A stretch of DNA of 63,635 bases, counting the filler, from Octopus bimaculoides (lineage: Eukaryota), in the NCBI RefSeq assembly GCF_001194135.2. It is 6 parts of 5 records of this genome, joined end to end, with 100 filler letters (N's around TTAATTAATTAA, not from the genome) between each part and the next. Parts side by side here need not be neighbours in the genome. Positions count along the whole stretch, not along the records: positions 13,122 to 34,186 come from NC_069005.1; positions 34,287 to 41,056 come from NC_069010.1; 4 more parts are not named here. One strand, written 5' to 3'. A program made the position numbers and the translations under genes. How positions within the stretch are numbered: position 1 is the first letter of the stretch; each line of letters begins with the position of its first letter. The notes under the pieces are model-generated. The model saw nothing but the letters and a program-made list of their open reading frames with translations, was not told the origin of the DNA and did not search any database. Of the stretch, positions 27,648-38,429 are shown piece by piece.

Positions 27648-28861
27648 GCAAACAATGATGATGATGTTGTTCATGATGACAATGATGTGATTGTTCTTGA
27701 TGATGATGATGACGATGATGATGATGTTATCATCAAGCCTAAGAAGAGAGCTGTTATTTTCTCTCCGTCCTCCGATGGCTCCACACCAAGGTCAGAGGTG
27801 AAAGGTAAGAGGCTATTTAGACATATTCTGTGTGACCTGATTGGCTGACTGGTCAGTTGGTTGGCTCTCTGGCCACTGTCCAATGACTGAAACAATGATA
27901 TATATATATATATAGACACAGTTGTGGCTGTGTGGTAAGAAGCTTGCTTCCAAACCACATGGTTTCAGGTTCGGTCCCACTGCATGGCACCTTGGGCAAG
28001 TGTCTTCTACTATAGCTTTGGGCTGACCAAAGCCTTGTGAGTGGATTCTGTTGACTGTTCTTTGAGCCACTTCTTCACTACAGTTTTCACGTCTTCGTCA
28101 CTGGACTATCATCTCTTCGGGCCCCATGAAAGAGGGTTTGAGAGGCAAACATTATTCGAGTGACGAGGAAGTGGAAACTGTAGTGAAGAAGTGGCTCAAA
28201 GAACAGTCAACAGAATTTTACGGGGCAGGGATACATGCTCTCATTCGAAGGTGGAACATTGCGATTGAGAGAAACGATGACTATGTTGAGAAGTAGGGAT
28301 GTGATCCACAGAGGACCAGCTTCATTTTGATGTATGATACATGTTCCCGTGTTGGTAATTATACCTGTCCTAAACAAAATGGCATTACTTTTTGACTCAC
28401 CCTCATATATATCTGTCTGAGTGTGTGTCTGTATTGGAGTGTGTGTGTACTTGAGTGTGTATGTATGTATCTGGCTTGTGTGTGCATGTTGGTTGTCTGT
28501 TAATGTTCTCATGTATGTCTCCATATGTGTATGTGGGTTTGTTATAATTGTGTATGTCAGTCAGTATGTGTGCACATGTGTGTGAGTATGTTTTGACAGT
28601 ATGTGTGTTCACTATCATTTTTAATGCACCTCCTCTAACCTCACTCCCTCTCTCTCTCTCTGATCACCACCATGACCATCCCTGTTGAAACATCTGTATA
28701 CACACCAAGACATTTCTATCAAATGTCATACTTTCTCTTTTTGTACAGGTCGCCATGGTACCAATTCTTCAGCAACTGGGCTGCTTTCCAGTGATTTAGA
28801 CTCACCTGTAAGTAACTTATTTTCTTGTCCAGGAGTAGTACATACGCACAGACAAATACAT

Positions 28862-28903
<42 letters not shown>

Positions 28904-31900
28904 AACATCCTCCTGGCTCTCCATTGGTTATGGCCATGAGTGTTCTAATTGGTCCGACCAATGGAACAGCCTGCCCTTGAAACTAATGTACAAGTACCTG
29001 AGCACTCTACAGACATACGTTCCCTGAAAGTAGTTCTTGGGGAAATTCAGCGTGACTTACAATGTGACATGGCTGGACCCCTTTGAATTACAGGTACAGC
29101 TCATTGTTGCCAGTTGAGTGAACTGGAGGAACGCGAGATAAACATGCCACTGGAAATAATATAACTCATCACCTTAGGATCGTCAGTAAAATCTGGACGC
29201 CAGCACCTGGGTGTTATCTTAGCCTAATAAGATTCACTCTTGGGGTGGTTGGCATTAGGAAGGGCATCCAGCTGTAGAAACTTTGCCAGATCAGATTGGA
29301 GTCTGGTGCAGCCATCTGGTTCACCAGTCCTCAGTCAAACCGTCCAATCCATGCCAGCATGGGAAACGGACGTCAAATGACAACAACGACGACGATGATG
29401 TTGGAGGTGGTGGTAACTCTGTTGTTGTCTGTGTTGTTATTTTTGGAGTTGTTGCTGTTGTTGTCAAACCGTCCAACCCATGCCAGCATGGAAGGTGGAC
29501 GTTAAACGATGATGATGATGATGATGATCTATGAGGAAAAACCGTGAATGTCCAAATGAGAAATCTCCACAAACCACGAATCCACAAACAGTTTCCACTT
29601 TACTAGACTGAAGGATAAACTTCAGAATGAAGAGAGGAAGAAATTAAAAGAAAAAAATTCACATGCCAGCTTAACAAATATGTATTCTCATCAGTGACAT
29701 TACGAAGGGCACAATTGGGGTCTGGATAGGCTAGAAGTGTTTAAGCAACCAGGGGATAATTAAATCCGAAGGCACTCCTGGAGATTACTTGTGTGGGTAC
29801 CGTCTTTGTTAGAAGGTATCCAGAGGCAGGTAATCTGTCGTTTAAACCGCAGTTTATAATTATAATCAAGTGGAGAATGGAGGACCTGCTTCTTCCTGTG
29901 TTTGTTTCTCCATTTTCCACTTGATTATATATATATATATATCATCATCATCATCATCGTTTAACATCCGCTTTCCATGCTAGCATGGGTTGGACGATTT
30001 GACTGAGGACTGGCAAGCCAGAAGGCTGCACTAGGCTCCAATCTGATCTGGCAGAGTTTCTACGGCTGGATGCCCTTCCTAATGCCAACCACTCCAAGAG
30101 TGTAGTGGGTGCTTTTACGTGTCACCCGCACGAAGGCCAGTCAGGCGGTACTGCCAATGGCCACGGTCAAAATGGTGTATTTTACGTGCCACCTGCACAG
30201 GAGCCAGTTCGGCGGCACTGGCAACGATCTCGCTTGAATGTCTTTACACATGCCATCTGGCACAAATGCCATTGACGGTTTCACTTTATGTGCATCACAA
30301 TTAGTGACAATTGAATTTTTCCTTTTGGTTTTATATCATGTCTAGCCAATGGGATTTATCTAAACCATCCAGTGACGGTGAGATCATTTATCTGTGGGGA
30401 GGTTACCCCCCCTGCCAGTGCATAAACATGTGCTCTTTTTGTGGTTCTGAGGGTCTTTAACTCTTATTTCTAGCAATGTAGGTGCTACCCTGCACCCTCA
30501 GTCACAATTACTTACAATTAAATTATTCCTTTTTGGTTTTATATTGCATGTAGCTGCCTTTGTTCTTTCAGGTGACAATACATAGAGGGGTAATAAATAA
30601 GAGATTTACAGGGAAAAAACGTAGAGTGATTGAAGATGAGTCTAACGAGTCTGACTTTGAAAATGGTAAGATTTCTTTTGGTAAGGTTTCTTATTGATAT
30701 TTTACAGATATTTTCTTTTAAAATGTTTTTTGGTTAATCTAGAGAATAGGGAAGGACAGTGCCCATGACCTTTGTAGGGGGTCACATTCCCAAATGGGTA
30801 AGTTTGGTGTGGTTAGTTTTTCCCAGTTTAAACATAATCATCACCACCAATATCATTATCGTTTTTACGTCTACTTTTCAATGCTTGCATGGGTCGGATG
30901 GAATTTTACTGAGGTAGATTTTTCTGCAGCCAGGTGTTCCTTCATGTTGCCAGCTCTCACCTTGTTTCCAAGCAAGGTAATATTTCCCCATAACCAGACA
31001 TGATTTTTCACAGAAGACTGGAAACAAACAACCTCAGTTGTTTATAACCTTGCACCCACACACACACGTTTACAATTCTTTTGTTGGTAAATATACATAT
31101 GTACATATACATATGTATGTATATATATGTATNNNNNNNNNNTATGATGAATTTCTTTCAATTTTTGTTTACCAAATCCACTCACAAGGCTTTGGTTGGG
31201 CTAAGGTTATAGCAGGGACATTTGCCCAAGGTGCCTGTTTGATTACTGGTGTTTGTTTGTTTACATCCCTGTAACTTAGTAGTTTGGCAAAAGAGATTAA
31301 TAGAATAAGTAATGTGGTCAGGTCGTTCGATTAAAACCTTCAGTCGAATGAATGAATCAAGTAAAAGATAAAAATAACAGGTCTGTTTGTGTAATGTATC
31401 TGTTGATGTGAATGTATGCATTCTTCACCCTATGTATTTCTATGCCATTGAATTTGGTCTTTCTTCAGATTTTGAAGCACATCTGACAAAACCTGGGTTG
31501 AACAGCAAAAGATCAACTCCGAAACCTGTTGTGGTATCTCAATCAAAGAGGAGGAAGATACACAGAAAAAGTGTAAGGCTCACATTAACCCTTTTGCTAC
31601 CATATTTGTCTTGAAGTACACTACTCTTTGTTTTAATTAATTTTGAAAATAATGAAGAATTTAGTAAATTAGCTTTGTCGTTAACAAGCTGGTATTTGGA
31701 ACACCAATTAACATGATATTTTGATGGAAAGTTTAAAGTTTGATAACTCTTAAACAGGGGGTTTGTATCATAGAAATAAGGGTGCTTTTGGGTGGGTTGC
31801 TATCAGAGGGGTTAAATTTTGGTTTATTTGTTGTTGGATAGTTGAGTTGATGGGGTACATTAAACAGCTAACCCAGAGGTTAGTGGTTCAAGTTGATGTG

Positions 31901-33956
31901 TGACCAGTGGCTCTAGTGTATTAAAAATAGGTGGGAGGATGGGGAGATAGTGGCTGGATAGTATTGGTATGGTTGACAGGGAAGAACGAGAGGTGAAAAG
32001 GTGACGTAGGCTACAGGAGCTGGGGAAGAGGTAGTTGTAGAGCATGTTGACAGGTGGGATGTATCAATGTAACATACTGGTGGTGAGCAAAATATACATA
32101 GCACTTCTGGAACTGTTGGTGTATTTACCTATTTATTATTTAAATTCTTGATACAGGTCAATGGTGGCCGTCAATTTCTTGATGAGGAAGCAGTGTTATC
32201 TGGAAGTGACTCGGAGTCTTCTAATGATGATGAAATTGCTAACGAATTGGATAATTATGAAGGAAGTTTCATTGATGACAATTATACACTTGGAAGGTCA
32301 CAAGGTAGGGTTTTTCCTTCTTTTTTTCCCTTTTTTATTTGTTTTATGTAATAGGTTTTTTTTTTTCTTGTTCATGCCAGCATAGAAAAAAAATAGGTCT
32401 GTTGTTGTTGTGTAGCTGTTGGTCATTCTGAGTCCAGCTGCTCAGTGGCAGGTTGGTCAAACATTTTAGGTATAAAACAAACCTATAGCCCCAGGTTTGC
32501 CATTTTCTTCATCTGTTTTAAGAACTGTACAATATGTTCTGACTTTCAGAGGTTAATTGGTGATGGTAGTGGTGGTGGTGGTGGTGGTGATACTGAGATG
32601 ATTACTGCAATAATGATGATGATAAATTGCAATCATAACAGCAATGGTGGTGGTGGTGGTGATCATATTGAAGGCATGGTTACATTAATGATGATGATGA
32701 TGATAGCAATTGTGACTGTGATGGTGATGGTGGTGATGATAGCTGATGATGATGATGTTGATGGTGAGCATATCACAATGATGACGTAGATGATGACAAC
32801 AAAACAAGAATGAGAACGATAAGAGAAAGATAGTTGTTTTTATCATCATCTATTTGACGTGTGTCAGTCCAAGGTCCACGGTCAAGTAGATCTCCAGAAC
32901 ACAACTGATAGGGTACAGACAATGTGTCAATAATAGCCAGGTGGAGTAGATGTCTTCCTGGGGCTACAAGCTACAGTAGCATCATCCCATATGGGTCAGA
33001 CACATTTAGGTGGCAAATATACTTCACAATGTCGTGCAGCTACCATTTATATCTCGCTCAGAGATTTATTATATATATATATATACATAGGCGCAGGAGT
33101 GGCTGTGTGGTAAGTAGTTTGCTTACCAACCACATGGTTCCGGGTTCAGTCCCACTGCGTGGCACCTTGGGCAAGTGTCTTCTATAGCTTCGAGCCGACC
33201 AAAGCCTTGTAAGTGGATTTGGTCGACGGAAACTGAAAGAAGCCCGTCATATATATGTGTGTGTATATATATATATATAAAGTATGTGTGTGTATATGTT
33301 TGTGTGTCTGTGTTTGTCCCCCCACCATCGCTTGACAACCGATGCTGGTGTGTTTACGTCCCTGTAACTTAGCAGTTCGGCAAAAAGAGACCGATAGAAT
33401 AAGTACTAGGCTTACAAAGAATAAGTCCTGGGGTCGATTTTCTTGACTAAAGGCGGTGCTCCAGCATGGCCGCAGTCAAATGACTGAAACAAGTAAAAGA
33501 GTAAAAAGAGTATATATATGTGTGTGTGTATGAAGGTTCAGTGGTTAGAGCATTGAGCTGTACCTAGCCTCAGGTCTACCAAAGCCTTGTGACTGGATTT
33601 GGTAGACGGAAACTGAAAGAAGCTTCTCATATATATGTGTGTGTGTGTGTGTTTGTTGGTGTTATTTTTCAATGCATAACATAGATGAATTCACACACAT
33701 ACATTCATAATATATGTGTGGTGTTGTTTTTAAACAAATAACTGAATAATAATAATAATTTGTTTTGTTTTTACTGTTAACTCCACAGTGGATATGAAGA
33801 CTGTTTACTTGAAGTCAGTGAAAAGCCCCTTGCCCAAGCCAAACGCTTATAAATTACAGTACAGATATCATGCAATGGATGTGTTCTCCCAGGAGTCAGA
33901 ACCTGATGTTGACTGTTATGAAGACGACAGCTTCTTGGATGACAGCAGTGAGATAT
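13122..33956 (+). CDS. FANCM: Fanconi anemia group M helicase/translocase, partial multi-exon gene (15 exons; 5' and 3' ends missing)
   Basis: The exons listed below all have AG/GT boundaries and compatible phases. The spliced product contains [60 protein letters not shown] and QFLDEEA, all recognisable FANCM/Mph1 motifs. Confidence 0.96.
14728..14859 (+). CDS. FANCM: FANCM exon ([15 protein letters not shown]...[15 protein letters not shown])
   Basis: ttcccag acceptor, GTAAGC donor, 132 nt phase 0-0; resembles human ILESFARSL...LARDQFRKNP. Confidence 0.92.
14959..15625 (+). mobile_element. mariner (Hsmar1/SETMAR-like) 5' half
   Basis: TIR-like TATCAGGTTGAATAAAAAGT; MELSKRG...[21 protein letters not shown]...WVPHNL...[15 protein letters not shown] with stops. 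Confidence 0.9.
16082..16293 (+). CDS. FANCM: FANCM exon ([33 protein letters not shown]...)
   Basis: tttgcag / GTGAGA, phase 0-2; resembles human IEGEFAICISLYHGYELLQQMGMRSLY. Confidence 0.93.
17699..17817 (+). CDS. FANCM: FANCM exon (...[24 protein letters not shown])
   Basis: ccgcag / GTACAA, phase 2-1; HPKL motif. Confidence 0.92.
17890..19290. repeat. Polypyrimidine/polypurine minisatellite filling a FANCM intron
   Basis: (CT)n, CCACTT repeats and a ~60-bp unit CTCTCACTCTTCTATCCCCTACTCCTCACTCATACTCCCACTAA... Confidence 0.9.
19311..19480 (+). CDS. FANCM: FANCM exon, helicase motif IV region ([21 protein letters not shown]...[20 protein letters not shown])
   Basis: ttcttcag / GTAAGA, phase 1-0. 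Confidence 0.96.
19500..19683. mobile_element. hAT-like MITE
   Basis: CAGTGGTTCTCAACC left terminus and degenerate right terminus. Confidence 0.5.
19690..20188 (-). mobile_element. RTE-clade LINE 3' fragment (RT C-terminus + 3'UTR + (GAT)n tail)
   Basis: RT C-terminal peptide (GRGRPRTRW-like) joined to the abundant GGCATCCAGCTGTAGAAAC...GGACGTTAAACGATGATG tail. Confidence 0.8.
20472..20678 (+). CDS. FANCM: FANCM exon, helicase motifs V-VI ([35 protein letters not shown]...[10 protein letters not shown])
   Basis: cttcag / GTGAGT, 207 nt phase 0-0. Confidence 0.97.
21798..21999 (+). CDS. FANCM: FANCM exon ([16 protein letters not shown]...[18 protein letters not shown]...)
   Basis: tcaccag / GTGAGT, phase 0-1; resembles human SPRMVPDGINPKLHKMFI. 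Confidence 0.9.
23189..23280 (+). CDS. FANCM: FANCM exon ([31 protein letters not shown])
   Basis: ttattgcag / CAG|GTTAGT, phase 1-0 links the neighbours; sequence poorly conserved. Confidence 0.78.
23386..23620 (+). mobile_element. tRNA-derived SINE with hammerhead-like/Penelope-like 3' part
   Basis: A box TGGCATAGTGG, B box GTTCAATTCC; CTGAAGA-stem-AAAA core at 23521-23567; (AATGTAAAT)n-like tail, also present inverted at 23345-23373. Confidence 0.7.
24128..27023 (+). CDS. FANCM: FANCM large central exon (2896 nt, disordered, acidic, with internal repeats and MM2-like motifs)
   Basis: Inside ORF 23972-27238; tattcag acceptor, AAG|GTGAGT donor, phase 0-1; corresponds in position to the large central exon of vertebrate FANCM. 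Confidence 0.9.
25490..25875 (+). repeat. Coding minisatellite, Thr/Asn/Ser-rich (~21-aa unit [21 protein letters not shown] and variants)
   Basis: Direct reading of the large exon. Confidence 0.9.
26798..26989 (+). repeat. Coding 24-bp tandem repeat x8 (GKVTPELY)
   Basis: TGGAAAGGTGACCCCAGAGCTCTA units. Confidence 0.95.
27589..27804 (+). CDS. FANCM: FANCM exon with poly-Thr and poly-Asp (…[19 protein letters not shown]…)
   Basis: ttttcag / GTAAGA, phase 1-1; resembles human DDEIFRRKVKRAKGNVLNSP. Confidence 0.82.
28095..28408 (+). mobile_element. mariner 3' fragment with TIR
   Basis: [23 protein letters not shown]...[16 protein letters not shown]; TIR-like TTACTTTTTGACTCACCCTC. Confidence 0.88.
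28749..28807 (+). CDS. FANCM: FANCM exon ([20 protein letters not shown])
   Basis: tttgtacag / GTAAGT, phase 1-0; DSP motif. Confidence 0.8.
29861..29929. repeat. 69-nt hairpin (22-bp stem, one G-U pair)
   Basis: TATAATCAAGTGGAGAATGGAG / CTCCATTTTCCACTTGATTATA. Confidence 0.9.
30572..30665 (+). CDS. FANCM: FANCM exon ([31 protein letters not shown])
   Basis: tctttcag / GTAAGA, phase 0-1; basic NLS-like patch followed by acidic patch. Confidence 0.82.
31469..31572 (+). CDS. FANCM: FANCM exon ([35 protein letters not shown])
   Basis: ttcttcag / GTAAGG, phase 1-0. Confidence 0.8.
31585..31815. mobile_element. piggyBac-like MITE
   Basis: TTAACCCTTTTGCTACC ... TGCTATCAGAGGGGTTAA termini. Confidence 0.6.
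32157..32304 (+). CDS. FANCM: FANCM exon, DEAE/MM3-like motif ([18 protein letters not shown]...YEGSFIDD)
   Basis: atacag / GTAGGG, phase 0-1; resembles human ARKFLDDEAELS...SLLDFLND. Confidence 0.92.
33090..33510 (+). mobile_element. Full-length tRNA-derived SINE, family B. Other copies at ~2367-3125(-), 4040-4440(-), 13800-14555(-), 22020-22170, 27915-28050, 37849-38265, 39290-39597, 49310-49520, 61570-62210
   Basis: A box TGGCTGTGTGG, B box GGTTCAGTCC; central microsatellite; 3' end GCAGTCAAATGACTGAAACAAGTAAAAGAG. Confidence 0.9.
33789..33956 (+). CDS. FANCM: FANCM exon ([14 protein letters not shown]...[22 protein letters not shown])
   Basis: ccacag / GTGAGT, phase 1-1; resembles human EMRAIYMKSLRSP...IFSQIPEQDETYLEDSF. 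Confidence 0.92.
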
Positions 33957-34010
33957 GTGAGTTTGATTCTGTTGATTGATTTCGCTCTCTCTTTATCTCT
34001 CTCTCTCTCT

Positions 34011-34047
<37 letters not shown>

Positions 34048-34186
34048 GCTTCTTGATTCCTCAGGAACATACAGCCGCCAACAACACTTTTTCAACGGAT
34101 GCAGTTCTCGGGGGTCCTATTCAGCTAGGTCCATGTCATTCCGGCAACAACACTCCTGCGCCAAGACTGTCTTGGCCGGCCCCCTT
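34048..34186 (+). CDS. Possible next FANCM exon running into the assembly join (CFLIPQEHTAANNTFSTDAVLGG...)
   Basis: (CT)n tract plus CAG acceptor; open in phase 1 up to the gap; no recognisable motif and no donor visible. Confidence 0.3.
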
Positions 34187-34417
34187 NNNNNNNNNNNNNN
34201 NNNNNNNNNNNNNNNNNNNNNNNNNNNNNNTTAATTAATTAANNNNNNNNNNNNNNNNNNNNNNNNNNNNNNNNNNNNNNNNNNNNTATATGTGTGTGTG
34301 TATATGTTAAATTCAAATTACAACAAACGTAAATAAACAAATGAAGTTTGCTTTTAGAAGCGTTGAGATGTCTTTAGAAAGTTAAAGAAGTGATTTTAAA
34401 TTCTCAATCGCAGAATA

Positions 34418-34553
34418 ATGCTAATAATATAGCCTGAACAGGATAAACTACCCCTATTTTGCAGAGAAAAGTGTAGGTGGCTATAGCTAGCCACCTACAC
34501 TTTTCTCTGCAAAATAGGGGTAGTTTATCCTGTTCAAGCTATATTATTAGCAT
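34418..34553. repeat. 136-bp inverted repeat (66-bp arms, 4-nt spacer, 1 mismatch)
   Basis: 34418-34483 versus 34488-34553. Confidence 0.95.
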
Positions 34554-34617
34554 ATGTGTATATATGTCTTTTTATCTAGGTATGTTTGTATGTGTATGTA
34601 TGCATGTACATCCATCC

Positions 34618-34651
<34 letters not shown>

Positions 34652-34736
34652 ATATCTATATATATATCTACATATATAATCTGCATATCTCTCTATGGAT
34701 CTATATTAATCTGCCATCTGCTCTCTACCCTTTCAG

Positions 34737-34829
34737 AATGAAAATGATTCTGGAAATATTCCTTGCGATGATTGGTGGGGTTACGGTGGAGATGTCAAAA
34801 CACCAGAGAAAGAAATGGCACTTGAAAAG
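34737..34829 (+). CDS. SEC14L2-type CRAL-TRIO lipid/retinoid-binding protein, exon (NENDSGNIPCDDWWGYGGDVKTPEKEMALEK)
   Basis: ccctttcag / GTAAAG, phase 0-0; aligns with the SEC14L2 N-terminus GRVGDLSPRQKEALAK; no upstream in-frame ATG in this exon. Confidence 0.8.
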
Positions 34830-35041
34830 GTAAAGTGGACTAAGAAAAAACAGCTTTTATTTATTGTTGTTGTTGTTGTTGTCATTGTTGCAGACATAAG
34901 GTTGAGCAGCTACGATGTGGGCTACTACTACTACTACTACTACTACTACCAGTTGTTGGTATTGTACTGTCACCGGACAATCTGAAGATGATGGGCATTA
35001 GAGCCTTGACCATCTTCATTTGTTTTGTTCAAATGGACTGC

Positions 35042-35074
<33 letters not shown>

Positions 35075-35075
<1 letters not shown>

Positions 35076-35398
35076 GTTGTGTTGGCACTCTGTCGCTTAC
35101 GACGTCGAGGGTTCCAGTTGATCCGATCAACGGAACAGCTTGCTCGTGAAATTAACGTGCAAGTGGCTGAGCACTCCACAGACACGTGTACCCTTAACGT
35201 AGTTCTCGGGGATATTCAGCGTGACACAGTGTGTGACAAGAGTACAGCAGGGTTCGCCACCGTCCCCTGCCGGAGCCCCGTGGAGCTTTTAAGTGTTTTC
35301 GCTCATTAAACACTCACAACGCCCGGTCTGGAAATCGAAACAGCGATCCTATGACTGCGAGTCCGCTGCCCTAACCACTGGGCCATTGCGCCTCCACC
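35075..35398 (-). mobile_element. tRNA-Arg-like-headed SINE, family C. Other copies at 36484-36791, 37414-37757, and diverged at ~4905-5180, 28950-29140, 50581-50720, 61200-61510
   Basis: Head GGCGCAATGGCCCAGTGGTTAGGGCAGCGGACTCGC...TTCGATTCC shared between copies. Confidence 0.88.
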
Positions 35399-35530
35399 TG
35401 ATTTCGATGATGACTATGATAGTGATTATGATGGTGAATGTGGTGGCCATGGTGATGATGGTAGTTATTACAATGTCGACGATAACAATGATGATAATTA
35501 ACAATAATGACGGCTGTTTTATATTTTCAG

Positions 35531-35606
35531 TTCACAAATGAAATCTGGGATCACTTGACAGAGGAACAGATAAACGACAGCGTGTTCCTGAAACGATGGC
35601 TAATAG
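35531..35606 (+). CDS. SEC14L2-type protein exon, CRAL-TRIO_N (FTNEIWDHLTEEQINDSVFLKRWLI)
   Basis: ttttcag / GTAAGG, 76 nt phase 0-1; resembles DDYFLLRWLR. Confidence 0.9.
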
Positions 35607-36132
35607 GTAAGGTGTTCAATTTCAGGGTCTCGGCTACGGTGGCCTTGGGGTGGTACAAGCAGGTTAGCAGAAGGGCTGGGGAGAAATTACCCCTGAAATG
35701 CCAAACATCATCAGTTGATCTTTCATTAGAGAATAGCTGATTCTTTTCAGTTGATTTTTTTATTTAGCCCTTTAGCATTTGGACATTTGTTGCAATTACT
35801 CTTTTACTATTTTACTTGTTTCATGAAATTGTGATAAAAAATTTTAACTCGGGTTGCTTCAAGCTACAAATTTGTATCAAAGAACTGGTGATGGTTTCCT
35901 GTGGGTTGCTATGAAAAGAGTTATGGGAAAAATAATTTTTTTATTGCTCTTTGCCCGTTTTGCACACACATGCATGCAGCCCTTTCCTGCCATTTAAGGG
36001 TTAGCTTTGTTATTGCTGTTGTAATTTAGCCCCCAAGTGGATCAGGATTGACCTGGGGTTAAGCAGCAACTACGCCGTTCTGACCTTCCACCTCTAACCT
36101 CTAATGTTTATGACCTTTTTTTTCTATTCCAG

Positions 36133-36176
36133 CTCGGCAGTTTGATGTGGCCCAAGCTGTGGAGATGTTCCTAAAG
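36133..36176 (+). CDS. SEC14L2-type protein exon (ARQFDVAQAVEMFLK)
   Basis: ttccag / GTTAGT, 44 nt phase 1-0; resembles ARSFDLQKSEAMLRK. Confidence 0.9.
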
Positions 36177-38429
36177 GTTAGTTACCTGTGTATATATATA
36201 TCATCATCATCATCATCGTTTAACGTCCGCTTTCNNNNNNNNNNTGTGTGTGTGTGTTTGTAGTCAATTCAAATAAATGAATAAAAAACAAAAGGAATGT
36301 GAGGATATGCACAAGAAATGTATTCGTTGGAACCTCGATGAAAGGAGAGAGTTTGACGTTTTAAGCATAGCTCTGTCGGAAAGGAAAATGGAAAAGTCCA
36401 ATGATGGAAAAGAAATTGCCAACAACACATATGTAGTTACATTGCTGTATGTATGTAGGTATGCATGTATATAGCCCTAGTAGGGTGGAGGCGCAATGGC
36501 CCAGTGGTTAGGGCAGCGGACTCGCGGTCGGAGGATCATGGTTTCGATTCCCAGACCGGGCGTTGTGAGTGTTTATTGAGCGAAAACACTTAAAAGCTCC
36601 ACGGGGCTCCGGCAGGGGATGGTGGCGAACCCTGCTGTACTCTTCCACCACAACTTTCTCTCACTCTTACTTCCTGCTTCTGTTGTGCCTGTAATTCAAA
36701 GGGTCAGCCTTGTCACACTGTGTCACGCTGAATATCCCCCGAGAACTACGTTAAGGGTACACGTGCCTGTGGAGTGCTCAGCCACTTGCACNNNNNNNNN
36801 NNNNNNNNNNNNNNNNNNNNNNNNNNNNNNNNNNNNNNNNNNNNNNNNNNNNNNNNNNNNNNNNNNNNNNNNNNNNNNNNNNNNNNNNNNNNNNNNNNNN
36901 NNNNNNNNNNNNNNNNNNNNNNNNNNNNNNNNNNNNNNNNNNNNNNNNNNNNNNNNNNNNNNNNNNNNNNNNNNNNNNNNNNNNNNNNNNNNNNNNNNNN
37001 NNNNNNNNNNNNNNNNNNNNNNNNNNNNNNNNNNNNNNNNNNNNNNNNNNNNNNNNNNNNNNNNNNNNNNNNNNNNNNNNNNNNNNNNNNNNNNNNNNNN
37101 NNNNNNNNNNNNNNNNNNNNNNNNNNNNNNNNNNNNNNNNNNNNNNNNNNNNNNNNNNNNNNNNNNNNNNNNNNNNNNNNNNNNNNNNNNNNNNNNNNNN
37201 NNNNNNNNNNNNNNNNNNNNNNNNNNNNNNNNNNNNNNNNNNNNNNNNNNNNNNNNNNNNNNNNNNNNNNNNNNNNNNNNNNNNNNNNNNNNNNNNNNNN
37301 NNNNNNNNNNNNNNNNNNNNNNNNNNNNNNNNNNNNNNNNNNNNNNNNNNNNNNNNNNNNNNNNNNNNNNNNNNNNNNNNNNNNNNNNNNNNNNNNNNNN
37401 NNNNNNNNCTAGTAGGGTGGAGGCGCAATGGCCCAGTGGTTAGGGCAGCGGACTCGCGGTCGGAGGATCATGGTTTCGATTCCCAGACCGGGCGTTGTGA
37501 GTGTTTATTGAGCGAAAACACTTAAAAGCTCCACGGGGCTCCGGCAGGGGATGGTGGCGAACCCTGCTGTACTCTTCCACCACAACTTTCTCTCGCTCTT
37601 ACTTCCTGTTTCTGTTGTGCCTGTAATTCAAAGGGGTCAGCCTTGTCACACTCTGTGTCACGCTGAATATCCCCGAGAACTACGTTAAGGGTACACGTGT
37701 CTGTGGAGTGCTCAGCCACTTGCACGTTAATTTCATGAGCAGGCTGTTCCGTTGATCATCAAGACAAGGAAATCCTTCAACACATCTTTAGTGATAATTA
37801 CAATCGTTAATAGATAAACTCTGTTTGCAGCTTGAGTTTATACAATACGCGCAGGAGTGGCTGTGTGGTAAGTAGCTTGCTTACCAACCACATGGTTCCG
37901 GGTTCAGTCCCACTGCGTGGCACCTTAGGCAAGTGTCTTCTTCTACAGCCTCGGGCCGACCAAAGCCTTGTGAGTGGATTTGGTAGACGGAAACTGTAAG
38001 GAGCCTGTCGTATATATGTATGTATATATATATATATATGTATGTGTGTGTATATGTTTGTGTGTCTGTGTTTGTCCCCCCCCCCAACTTCGCTTGACAA
38101 CCGATGCTGGTGTATTTACGTCCCCGTAACTTAGCGGTTCGGCAAAAAGAGACCGATAGAATAAGTACTAGGCTTACAAAGAATAAGTCCTGGGGTCGAT
38201 TTGCTCGACTAAAAATCGGTGCTCCAGCATGGCCGCAGTCAAATGACTGAAACAAGTAAAAGAGTAATATTTGAAGTCAATTTTTTACTCAAGTTTCAAG
38301 CAGTTTGTACTGAAACATCTGTAACTGATCATGAAAGATGTATTGAAGGATTTCTTTGTCTTCTTATTTAGATTATAGATATGTGTGTGTGTATTACACA
38401 TAGAAAAGAGAGAGAGAGAGAGAGAGAGA

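Noticed and set aside
33956-34737. Direct splice of the last clear FANCM exon to the first SEC14-like exon
   Set aside because: A phase 1 donor plus AATG... creates TAA; the SEC14 frame needs phase 0; an artificial join lies between.
36480-37760. Tandem pair of near-identical family C SINEs
   Set aside because: Both copies share the same flank (CTAGTAGGGTGG) and sit either side of an N gap, so this is probably one copy assembled twice.
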